64,000 nt of DNA, taken from the NCBI GenBank assembly GCA_045586845.1, contig JAZNBB010000011.1, positions 8,023 through 72,022 of the forward strand, in the 5' to 3' direction. Positions 31,097 to 39,280 of the stretch are shown here, one piece after another. The notes under the pieces were generated by a model, which searched no databases, was not told where the DNA came from, and was given only the letters and a program-made list of their open reading frames with translations. The stretch comes from Eubacteriales bacterium (GTDB lineage Bacteria > Bacillota > Clostridia > Oscillospirales > CAG-272). The number at the start of each line of letters is the position of its first letter. Position 1 is the stretch's first letter. Both the position numbers and the translations under genes were made by a program.

Positions 31097-31193
31097 GTGA
31101 TATATTTCGCCATGGGCGAAATGTGATATTTTTGCTATCGCAAAAGTGATATTCGCGCTGCGCGCGAGTGATATGTTCCGCCCAAGGCGGAAC
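31097..31193 (+). repeat. Array of 4 units: GTGATAT linker plus variable perfect hairpin
   Basis: GTGATAT at 31097, 31123, 31146, 31168, each followed by a different 6-8 bp perfect stem with a 3-4 nt loop. Confidence 0.9.
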
Positions 31194-31281
31194 GTTGCGG
31201 TAGGAATTTGCCACATGGCAAATTCCAATCCGATTGTATTCTTTCTGAAATCACCACGTGAACCCAATAAGAGGAGCTTTT

Positions 31282-32079
31282 ATGAAAAGAATTGGATTTA
31301 TCGGTGCGGGCAACATGGGCGGTGCACTGGCGCTTGCCGCATCCAAGACCGATTGCGCGCTATACGTCACCGACCTTGATACAGCGAAAGCATCTGTGCT
31401 TTGCGAGCGCACGGGCGCGACAATGTCCGACAGCGCAACCATTTGCGCAACCTGCGATCTCATTTACCTTGGCGTCAAGCCGCAGATGCTTGCCGAGGTT
31501 GCCGCAGAGCTCGCCCCTGCGCTGCAGCAAAGAAACACCCCTTACTGCCTGGTCAGTATGTGCGCAGGCATCACAATCTCGCGCCTTGGCGAGCTGTTTC
31601 CCGATACCGCTGCCATTCGCATCATGCCCAACACCCCCGTAGCCGCGGGGCAAGGAATGATCCTGTACTGCTATAACGACCTGACCACAGCCGAACAGAT
31701 CGACACCTTTTTGTATGCCATGTCACACGCGGGCAAGCTTGACCTTTTGGACGAATCCCTGTTCGACGCGGGTACGTCGGTCTCGGGGTGCGGTCCCGCC
31801 TTTGCCTATCTGTTTGCCGACGCGCTTGCCAAAGGGGGAGCTGATTGCGGGCTTTCCTACGAGCAAGCGTGCGCATATGCCGCACAAATGTTGCTGGGTG
31901 CCGCACTGATGCTGCAACAGGGCGGCAGGAGCCCCGATCAATTGCGCGAGGCGGTCTGCTCCAAGGGCGGTTCGACCATTGAGGGCGTCAAGGTCATGTG
32001 GGAGCAGAACCTGGAAGGCACGGTACGCGAAGCGGTCAAGGCAGCATACAAGCGGAATATTGAACTCGGAAAACAATAA
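31282..32079 (+). CDS. proC: Pyrroline-5-carboxylate reductase
   Basis: 'IGFIGAGNMG', 'VKPQ', 'RIMPNTP', 'SGCGPA', 'VCSKGGSTI'. Confidence 0.95.
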   Translation: MKRIGFIGAGNMGGALALAASKTDCALYVTDLDTAKASVLCERTGATMSDSATICATCDLIYLGVKPQMLAEVAAELAPALQQRNTPYCLVSMCAGITISRLGELFPDTAAIRIMPNTPVAAGQGMILYCYNDLTTAEQIDTFLYAMSHAGKLDLLDESLFDAGTSVSGCGPAFAYLFADALAKGGADCGLSYEQACAYAAQMLLGAALMLQQGGRSPDQLREAVCSKGGSTIEGVKVMWEQNLEGTVREAVKAAYKRNIELGKQ

Positions 32080-32094
32080 AATCAGGAGGTTCAT

Positions 32095-33744
32095 ATGATC
32101 AAAACAGCACTTATCTCCAGCCTTGAGAAATGCTTTTCCGATCAGCAGATCGAAAGTTTTGCACCGCTGAAAGCCCTTTCGGTGCTTAAAAACGAACGCT
32201 TCTCGGTGCAGCTGCTCTACAGAAGCGAGCCGGATCACGCAGGACGCGCCATCGTGCGCGTAGACGGTGCGCTTGCCCCCTATGCAAGCGTGAGAAGCGT
32301 CAAGAATATCCCCGTTGACATTGCGATCTTCCCGGGTGCCGATACAAGCAACTATCTGCGCACAGATCCCGGACTCTATCCCGACCTGCTGCAGCCCCTG
32401 CACTATAGCGGAGCGGTCTCGATCATGAAGGATCAGACGCAGAGCGCGTGGATCGAATTTGACCTTGACGGCAAGGCGGCTGCCGGCACTTACCCTATGG
32501 CGGTGACGCTGGTGGACGGGCTTGGCAACGAGGTGGCAAAGGAGTGCTTTGAGGTCAAGGTCATCAACGCCACGCTGCCTGCGCAGCAAATGCGCGTGAC
32601 CCAATGGTTTCATGCGGATTGCCTTGCCAACTACTATAACGTGCCCGCCTGGAGCGAGGAGCACTGGAGAATTGTGGAGAATTTTGCACGCACCGCGCGC
32701 AGAAACGGCATCAATCTGCTGCTGACACCCATCTTTACACCCGCACTTGACACGGTCATCGGCGGTGAGCGCACCACGGTACAGCTGATCGACGTTTACA
32801 AAAACGGGGACGCGTACACGTTCGGTTTTGAAAAGTTGGATCGTTGGATCGATATGTGCGACCGCGTGGGCATTGAGTATTTTGAGATCGCGCACCTGTT
32901 TACCCAGTGGGGCGCAGAGCACGCGCCCAAGGTCATGGCGAGAGTGGACGGTGTATACAAAAAGATCTTTGGCTGGGAGACTGCTGCAACGGGCGAGGAG
33001 TATTCGACCTTTTTACGCACCTTCCTTGCATCTTTTCTTGACCATATGAAGGCAAGAGGCGACGACGGTCGTTGCTATTTCCATATTTCGGACGAGCCAA
33101 ACGAGATGCAGCTGGAGTCCTATAAGGCGGCAAAAGCGATCGTCGCGGATCTGCTGGAGGGCTACCCCATTATGGACGCGCTTTCCAATTTTGAATTCTT
33201 CAAGCAAGGCATCGTGCCCCTGCCCATTCCCTCCAATGATCATATCAAGCCCTTTATCGAGGCAGGCGTGCCCGGCTTGTGGACATATTATTGCTGCGGG
33301 CAGCTTTCACACGTTTCCAACCGCATGATGGCAATGCCGCTGTGGCGCACGCGCTCAATCGGCTATCAGTTTTATAAGTATGATATCGCGGGCTTTTTGC
33401 AATGGGGATATAACTTCTACAACACCTGCGGCTCGGTTGACCCGATCAATCCCTTTGTGGACGCTTGCGGCGAATATTGGGTGCCCGCGGGTGACACCTA
33501 CTCGGTCTACCCCGCACAGAACGGCGAGGCAATGGAATCGATCCGTATTTTGTCCTTCCACGAGGCATTGCAGGACGTGCGCGCTATGAAGCTTGCCGAA
33601 ACATATTACGGCAAGGACGCGGTAGTAGCTGCTTTGGAAGATATCCTCGGCGAGATCAGATTTGACAAATGCGCCACCGACGCAAAAACCATTCTCGCTA
33701 TGCGAAAAAAGATCAACGACATGATCGCGGCAGCGGTCAACTAA
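32095..33744 (+). CDS. DUF4091-domain glycoside hydrolase (GH123-like), second paralog
   Basis: 'TQWFHADC', 'HLFTQWGA', 'ISDEPN', 'WTYYCC', 'GFLQWGYNFY', 'GD..VYP...SIR...LQD'. Confidence 0.85.
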   Translation: MIKTALISSLEKCFSDQQIESFAPLKALSVLKNERFSVQLLYRSEPDHAGRAIVRVDGALAPYASVRSVKNIPVDIAIFPGADTSNYLRTDPGLYPDLLQPLHYSGAVSIMKDQTQSAWIEFDLDGKAAAGTYPMAVTLVDGLGNEVAKECFEVKVINATLPAQQMRVTQWFHADCLANYYNVPAWSEEHWRIVENFARTARRNGINLLLTPIFTPALDTVIGGERTTVQLIDVYKNGDAYTFGFEKLDRWIDMCDRVGIEYFEIAHLFTQWGAEHAPKVMARVDGVYKKIFGWETAATGEEYSTFLRTFLASFLDHMKARGDDGRCYFHISDEPNEMQLESYKAAKAIVADLLEGYPIMDALSNFEFFKQGIVPLPIPSNDHIKPFIEAGVPGLWTYYCCGQLSHVSNRMMAMPLWRTRSIGYQFYKYDIAGFLQWGYNFYNTCGSVDPINPFVDACGEYWVPAGDTYSVYPAQNGEAMESIRILSFHEALQDVRAMKLAETYYGKDAVVAALEDILGEIRFDKCATDAKTILAMRKKINDMIAAAVN

Positions 33745-33760
33745 ACAACTCGGACTACCC

Positions 33761-33879
33761 AAACTTTTGAAAGTTTTTACGTCGCTTTTTTCAAAAAGCG
33801 ACTGGGGTTCGGGGCAACGCCCCGCAAAAACGCCGTTTTTTTGGTTCTTTTTTTGCGGCTACTTGCTCAAAAAAAGAAC
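33761..33879. repeat. Multi-hairpin interspersed element
   Basis: Consecutive palindromes GTCGCTTTTT/AAAAAGCGAC, CGGGGC-aac-GCCCCG, AAAAACG/CGTTTTT, GTTCTTTTTTT/AAAAAAAGAAC. Confidence 0.6.
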
Positions 33880-33915
33880 GGAGAGGATTTTCTCCATGTA
33901 ATCCCCCGATAGAGT

Positions 33916-33955
33916 GGGCGATCACAGATTGCCCCTACGTTCGTATCAAAAAACA
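33916..33955. repeat. GTAG-family REP-like palindrome with duplicated flank (copy 1)
   Basis: GGGCGATCACAGATTGCCCCTAC; 33931-33955 is identical to 34483-34507. Confidence 0.8.
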
Positions 33956-34074
33956 GATCACCTGCTACGGGTGTAGTCCTTATCGGAAAAATCACCATAA
34001 CGAAAAATTCCCACAGACCAATCAAACGGTTTGTGGTAATTACCTTTTATAAGTGGAAGAAACGGTTTAACCAC

Positions 34075-34122
34075 GCCTTCTCCAGCGGGAGAAGGGGGAC
34101 CACGAAGTGGTGGATGAGGTGT
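34075..34122. repeat. Double-hairpin REP-like element of a second family
   Basis: CCTTCTCC-agcg-GGAGAAGG then ACCAC-gaa-GTGGT and GGATGAGGTGT. Confidence 0.6.
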
Positions 34123-34134
34123 TATCTCACAGGA

Positions 34135-34209
34135 TTAAGATCGCAATAAATCCAAGCCAAGATGCTTCAATATATCCTCTGCAACAGTGTTGAAATTGTT
34201 TCGTATATT
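34135..34209 (-). pseudogene. Possible C-terminal remnant of a DUF559-like endonuclease
   Basis: Minus frame reads NIRNNFNTVAEDILKHLGLDLLRS*, resembling the C-terminal helix of DUF559 proteins from memory; abuts the double-hairpin repeat. Confidence 0.4.
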
Positions 34210-34306
34210 AACACGCTTGTTTGCACAAAGAAGAATTTGAAAGTAAGCGGCGTGGGATATGTTTGAAATGTTAAAAGGCTGAGCAAACATTGAAAAAAAC
34301 CGCTCG

Positions 34307-34451
34307 GAGATCCCGCTTCAATTCGCCTTTGGCGAATATTCGCGCTTTTTCTCCGTTCCGTGTCCTCGTTTCTGCGGGCACTGCACTACGCAAAAGTTCG
34401 ACTTCGTGCCATTTTGCAACTCGTTGCGAAATTTCTCCGCTCAGGATGACA
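34307..34451. repeat. Structured element bounded by GAGATCC and GCTCAGGATGACA
   Basis: Internal hairpins ATTCGCC-ttt-GGCGAAT and TTTTGCAAC-tc-GTTGCGAAA; ends resemble GTCATCCTGAGC-type interspersed repeats. Confidence 0.55.
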
Positions 34452-34460
34452 CGGGCTGGG

Positions 34461-34507
34461 ATTCGCGGGCGATTCGTGAATCGCCCCTACGTTCGTATCA
34501 AAAAACA
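34461..34507. repeat. GTAG-family REP-like palindrome with duplicated flank (copy 2)
   Basis: ATTCGCGGGCGATTCGTGAATCGCCCCTACG is identical to 48871-48901; 3' part matches 33931-33955. Confidence 0.85.
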
Positions 34508-34616
34508 AAAAAACGGAATTGCTTTACCGCGATTCCGTTTTTTTCATTTTCTCATTTTTCATATTTGTCCTTTCCTTGCGCAAACTACTTTTGAATTCAC
34601 TTTTTCGGAGGCATTT

Positions 34617-35630
34617 ATGAAAGATTTTATAGATTCCCGTGCATATTCCAAGCAAGAGCTGCTTGACATCGTCTCTCTCTCGCTTGCCATCAAGCGCGCG
34701 ATCAAGCAGGGCTATTATCCCCCACTCATGAAGGACATGACGCTTGGCATGATCTTCCAGCAGTCGTCCACGCGTACGCGCGTGTCGTTTGAGACCGCGA
34801 TGAGCCAAATGGGCGGTCACGCCCAATACCTTGGTCCCGGCATGATCCAGCTGGGAGGGCATGAAACCATTGAGGACACGGGGCGCGTGCTCTCGCGCCT
34901 TGTTGACGTGGTCATGGCGCGCGTTATCACGCACGATACGATCATCCGCCTTGCCAAATCCTGCTCGGTACCCGTCATCAACGGTATGTCCGACTTTAAC
35001 CACCCCACACAGGAGCTTGGCGACATCTGTACCATGGTAGAGCACCTGCCAAGGGGCAAGAAATTGCAAGATTGCAAGGTGGTATTTGTGGGCGACGCCA
35101 CGCAGGTCTGCGCGTCTCTGGGCTTTATCTGCACCAAGCTGGGTATGCATTTCGTGCAGTACGGTCCCTCCTCGCATCAGCTGAATAAGGGACACAGACA
35201 GATCATGCAGGAAAACTGCGATGTGTCGGGCGGCTCGTTTGAGATCTCGGACAAGCGCGACTGCGTGCGCGAGGCGGACTTTATCTACACCGACGTGTGG
35301 TACGGTCTTTACGAAAACGAGATGCCCAAGGAAGAAAGAGTCAAGGTGTTTGCCGACTATCAGGTCAACCGCGACCTCTTGCAACTGGGCAACCTTGGTT
35401 GCAAATTCATGCACTGCCTGCCCGCAACGCGCGGCGAGGACGTGACCGACGAGGTTGCCGACTCCGAGGCATCCCTTTGCTGGGACCAGGCAGAAAACCG
35501 CCTGACCGCTATGCGCGGACTGCTGGTTTATCTGACTCACAACCGCCGCAGACCCAGCGAACTGCAGATCGCTGCCGCAAAAGAGTCGCTGGACGCGACA
35601 ATGTGCCGCATCTTCTGCGACAAAAAATAA
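34617..35630 (+). CDS. aguB: Putrescine carbamoyltransferase
   Basis: 'FQQSSTRTR', 'HETIEDT', 'NHPTQE', 'GDATQV', 'YTDVWYGLY', 'HCLP'; first gene of the agu cluster. Confidence 0.92.
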   Translation: MKDFIDSRAYSKQELLDIVSLSLAIKRAIKQGYYPPLMKDMTLGMIFQQSSTRTRVSFETAMSQMGGHAQYLGPGMIQLGGHETIEDTGRVLSRLVDVVMARVITHDTIIRLAKSCSVPVINGMSDFNHPTQELGDICTMVEHLPRGKKLQDCKVVFVGDATQVCASLGFICTKLGMHFVQYGPSSHQLNKGHRQIMQENCDVSGGSFEISDKRDCVREADFIYTDVWYGLYENEMPKEERVKVFADYQVNRDLLQLGNLGCKFMHCLPATRGEDVTDEVADSEASLCWDQAENRLTAMRGLLVYLTHNRRRPSELQIAAAKESLDATMCRIFCDKK

Positions 35631-35639
35631 GGTGACGAT

Positions 35640-37070
35640 ATGACAGCTAAAAAATTCAGATTGATCGATGTCATTCTGTCGGTCATCTGCGTAGTGTTCG
35701 TGGCAGAGGCGGCAGCCCCCGTGGCATCGATCGGCAACAGCCAGTATTTCTGGTGGCTTTTAATGATCGTCGCCTTCCTTCTGCCATACGGGCTGATCTC
35801 GTGTGAGCTGGGTACGGCATACGCAGGTGACGGCGGTCTTTATGACTGGATCAAAAAAGCATTCCCAAAGACGCGCTGGGCAGCGCGCGCGTCCTTTTAC
35901 TACTGGGTCAACTTCCCGCTTTGGATGGCATCCTTGGCGGTCATGTGCCCGACATTGATCGGCACGGCGCTCGGAATCGAGCTTGGCACGCTTCCCTCTC
36001 TTGCGTTGCAGCTGGGCTTTATCTGGACCGTGACGCTGATCGCGCTCTACCCCGTGTGCGACAGCAAGGGCATCCTAAACGCAAGCGCAGCAATCAAGAT
36101 TTTGCTTGCGTTGACACTGGGTGGGCTTGGCGTATATTACGTGGTAAATAACGGTTTTGTCAACCCCATGACCCCCGCATCGTTCCTGCCCTCTTTTGAC
36201 GCCCACTCACTCTCCTATATCTCGGTCATTATCTTCAACTTCTTAGGTTTTGAAGTAGTGTGCACGTATGCTGACAGTATGACAAGTCCGCGTCGGCAGA
36301 TCCCCGTATCTATCATTCTCGGCGGTATTGTGATCGCAGCCATCTATCTGTTTTCGGCGTTTGGCATCGGCGCTGCCGTGCCCGTAGAGGAGATCAGCCC
36401 CGATTCGGGACTGATAGACGCTTTAGTTGCCATTACCGGACGCACGGGCGGCTGGTTTATCTCGATCGCCGCCGTGCTGTTTTTGATTACTCTGTTCGGC
36501 AACATGATCTCGTGGTCAATGGGTGTCAACTCGACCGCAGCATACGCCGCAGACAACGGCGATATGCCCGCCCTGTTCTCCCGCCGCAGAGAGAAAAACA
36601 ATATGCCGATCGGCTCGGCGCTTGCCAGCGGTGTGGTTGCCTCCATGATTGTTCTTGCAGGTGTGGCAATGGAGTATCTGCTGCCCGATTCCTCGCTGTT
36701 CTGGAGCTTTTTTGCACTCAATCTGGTCATGCTTCTGCTCTCGTATCTACCCGTCTTCCCTGCATTTTTAAGGCTGCGTAAGCGTGATCCCGACACGCCC
36801 CGTCCCTTCCGTGTACCCGGGGGCAAGCTGATCCTGCCCGTGATCGCATACCTGCCCTTTATCATGATCATCGCCGCCATCATTTTTACCGCTGTACCTT
36901 TTTCATTTGACACCGAAACGCTCTCCTATTATCTGCCCATTACGGTGGGGTCCTTGGTGGCGGTACTGATCGGTGAGATTTTGATCGCGTGGCGTGACGG
37001 CGACCACACCCCCAAACCAATAGAAAGCACCCCGCGTGCAAAAGGAGAAGCTTATGCCAACAAGAATTGA
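35640..37070 (+). CDS. aguD: Agmatine/putrescine antiporter (APC family)
   Basis: About 12 TM segments; 'CVVFVAEAAAPVASIGNSQYFWW'; located between aguB and aguA. Confidence 0.88.
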   Translation: MTAKKFRLIDVILSVICVVFVAEAAAPVASIGNSQYFWWLLMIVAFLLPYGLISCELGTAYAGDGGLYDWIKKAFPKTRWAARASFYYWVNFPLWMASLAVMCPTLIGTALGIELGTLPSLALQLGFIWTVTLIALYPVCDSKGILNASAAIKILLALTLGGLGVYYVVNNGFVNPMTPASFLPSFDAHSLSYISVIIFNFLGFEVVCTYADSMTSPRRQIPVSIILGGIVIAAIYLFSAFGIGAAVPVEEISPDSGLIDALVAITGRTGGWFISIAAVLFLITLFGNMISWSMGVNSTAAYAADNGDMPALFSRRREKNNMPIGSALASGVVASMIVLAGVAMEYLLPDSSLFWSFFALNLVMLLLSYLPVFPAFLRLRKRDPDTPRPFRVPGGKLILPVIAYLPFIMIIAAIIFTAVPFSFDTETLSYYLPITVGSLVAVLIGEILIAWRDGDHTPKPIESTPRAKGEAYANKN

Positions 37071-38157
37071 ACAATCCACCCCGCGGCAGGACGGCTACCG
37101 TATGCCTGCCGAATATGAGCCGCAGGAACGCATCTGGATGCTGTGGCCGGAACGCCCCGATAACTGGAGATGCGGTGCCAAGCCCGCGCAAAAGGCGTTT
37201 GCCGACGTGGCACGCGCCATTTCCGAGTTTGAACCCGTGACCGTGTGCGTTTCGGCTGCCCAGTACGCCAACGCGCGTAACCAACTGCCGCCCGAGATCA
37301 CGGTGGTCGAAATGTCCTCAAACGACGCTTGGGTGCGCGACTCGGGTCCCACCTTCCTGGTCAATGACAAGGGGGGCTTGCGCGCAGCAGATTGGGCATT
37401 CAACGCCTGGGGCGGGCTTTATGACGGGCTTTATTTTCCTTGGGATAAGGACGCACAGGTAGCGCAAAAAATCTGCGAGTTGGTGGGTGTTGACAGCTAT
37501 CCTACGCCCGATTTCGTGCTGGAGGGCGGATCGATCCATGTGGACGGTCAGGGTACGGTACTGACCACCGAGATGTGCCTGCTCTCACCCGGCAGAAACC
37601 CCGATATGAATAAAGCGCAGATCGAGCAGATGCTGTGCGAATATCTCGGCTGCACCAAGGTGCTTTGGATGCAAGACGGTATTGACCCAGATGAGACCAA
37701 CGGACACATTGACGACGTAGCGTGCTTTGTTGCTCCCGGCGAGGTGGCTTGCATTTATACCGACGACGAGAGCCATCCGTTTTATGAGGAGGCGCGCGAC
37801 GCATACGAATTCTTATGCAAACAGACCGATGCCAAAGGACGCAAGCTTAAGGTACACAAGCTGTGCCTGACCCAAAAGCCTGTGTACCTCGAGGGTGCGG
37901 ACACCATCGACTCTGCCGAGGGCACGCTGCCAAGACATGACGGCGAGGTCAGCATTGCGTCGTATATGAATTTCCTGATCGTCAACGGCGGCGTGATATT
38001 GCCGCAGTACGGTGACGAAAACGACGCGCTTGCCATAAAGCAGGTGCAAGCCATGTTTCCCGATCGTAAGGTGGTTGGTGTCATGACCCGCGAGGTGGCG
38101 TTTGGCGGCGGCAACATCCACTGCATCACACAGCAGCAGCCCGCGGCAAGGGGGTAA
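37054..38157 (+). CDS. aguA: Agmatine deiminase
   Basis: 'RMPAEYE', 'DAWVRD', 'LEGGSIH', 'TNGHID', 'GGGNIHCITQQQP'. Confidence 0.96.
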   Translation: MPTRIEQSTPRQDGYRMPAEYEPQERIWMLWPERPDNWRCGAKPAQKAFADVARAISEFEPVTVCVSAAQYANARNQLPPEITVVEMSSNDAWVRDSGPTFLVNDKGGLRAADWAFNAWGGLYDGLYFPWDKDAQVAQKICELVGVDSYPTPDFVLEGGSIHVDGQGTVLTTEMCLLSPGRNPDMNKAQIEQMLCEYLGCTKVLWMQDGIDPDETNGHIDDVACFVAPGEVACIYTDDESHPFYEEARDAYEFLCKQTDAKGRKLKVHKLCLTQKPVYLEGADTIDSAEGTLPRHDGEVSIASYMNFLIVNGGVILPQYGDENDALAIKQVQAMFPDRKVVGVMTREVAFGGGNIHCITQQQPAARG

Positions 38158-38161
38158 GCAT

Positions 38162-39130
38162 ATGCAGAGAATTGCAATAGCGTTGGGCGGCAACGCGCTT
38201 GGAAACGACAGCCGGACCCAGCGTGCTACCGTGGCAAAGGTGTGCCGCACGCTGGTCGATCTGATCGAGGCAGGCAACGAGATCGTGATCAGCCACGGCA
38301 ACGGTCCGCAGGTGGGCATGATCCAACTCGCCTTTGACACCGGCGCGGCACAGACAGATGCCATCTCTCCCATGCCCCTGCCCGATTGCACCGCCATGAG
38401 TCAGGGATATATCGGATACCACCTGCAAGCCGCTTTGCAATCAGAGCTTGCGCGGCGCGGTATGCCCTGGCAGGCGGTCAGCGTAATCACACAGGTCACA
38501 GTAGATGCGAATGACCCTGCCTTTTCCCATCCCACAAAGCCCATCGGCGCGTTTTATTCCCAAGACGAGGCAGACGCGCTGGCAGCGCAAAATCCCGATT
38601 GGACGTTTATCGAGGACGCGGGCAGAGGATATCGCCGCGTAGTTCCCTCACCCGCCCCCGTAGAGATTGTGGAGCGCGATGCCATTCTCAGCCTCTTGGC
38701 AGGAGAGTATATCGTGATCGCCTGCGGTGGCGGTGGTATTCCCACGTTCATGACCGCAGAGGGCGGCAAACCCGTGGCAGCCGTGATCGACAAGGATTTT
38801 GCCGCCGCGAAATTGGCTGCGGCGGTAGGCGCGCACACGCTGCTCATCCTGACCGCAACCGACTGTGTTTTCACCGACTTCGGCAAGCCGGAACAGAAAG
38901 CCCTTTCGCATCTGACGCTTGCAGAGGCGGAGCACTTGATGAATCAGGGGCATTTTGCCAAGGGATCCATGCTGCCCAAGGTACAGGCAGCCATGGATTT
39001 CGTTTCCTCTGCCCCCGGTCGCCGTACTATTATCACCTCGCCCGACGCGGCAAGGGCAGCGTTGCAAGGCAAAAGCGGCACCGAGATCGTTGCGCAAAGC
39101 GTAAACGATGTTTCCCTAACAGTCAAATGA
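38162..39130 (+). CDS. arcC: Carbamate kinase
   Basis: 'ALGGNAL', 'HGNGPQVG', 'PTKPIG', 'EDAGRGYRRVVPSP', 'IDKD', 'GSMLPKV'. Confidence 0.95.
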   Translation: MQRIAIALGGNALGNDSRTQRATVAKVCRTLVDLIEAGNEIVISHGNGPQVGMIQLAFDTGAAQTDAISPMPLPDCTAMSQGYIGYHLQAALQSELARRGMPWQAVSVITQVTVDANDPAFSHPTKPIGAFYSQDEADALAAQNPDWTFIEDAGRGYRRVVPSPAPVEIVERDAILSLLAGEYIVIACGGGGIPTFMTAEGGKPVAAVIDKDFAAAKLAAAVGAHTLLILTATDCVFTDFGKPEQKALSHLTLAEAEHLMNQGHFAKGSMLPKVQAAMDFVSSAPGRRTIITSPDAARAALQGKSGTEIVAQSVNDVSLTVK

Positions 39131-39196
39131 TACGGTAATTCGCATCAATGAAGTTACGCTGCACGCAAATGATGTTCACCTGCAGCAAACGAATGC
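39103..39196 (+). repeat. Degenerate ~21-nt periodic array with an AAAYGATGTT-like linker
   Basis: AAACGATGTT 39103, AAATGATACG 39125, CAATGAAGTT 39146, AAATGATGTT 39167, AAACGAAT 39187. Confidence 0.55.
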
Positions 39197-39212
39197 GAAT
39201 CAACGCATAAAG

Positions 39213-39238
39213 AAGGACGGGAAAAATTCCCGTCCTTT
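39213..39238. terminator. Terminator between convergent arcC and the rhamnosidase gene
   Basis: AAGGACGGGAA-aaa-TTCCCGTCCTT. Confidence 0.7.
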
Positions 39239-39280
39239 ACAAGTTTATTCCGTTTATGCAAAGCGCAACCTCATCGCACG

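Noticed and set aside
31097-31193. CRISPR array interpretation of the GTGATAT arrays (also 51415-51507)
   Set aside because: The repeat is only 7 nt, spacers are 15-19 nt and self-complementary, and there are no cas genes or leader
34290-34616. 109-aa N-terminal extension of AguB in the ORF track
   Set aside because: It is read-through of repeat DNA; the real start is ATG 34617 after a GGAGG SD
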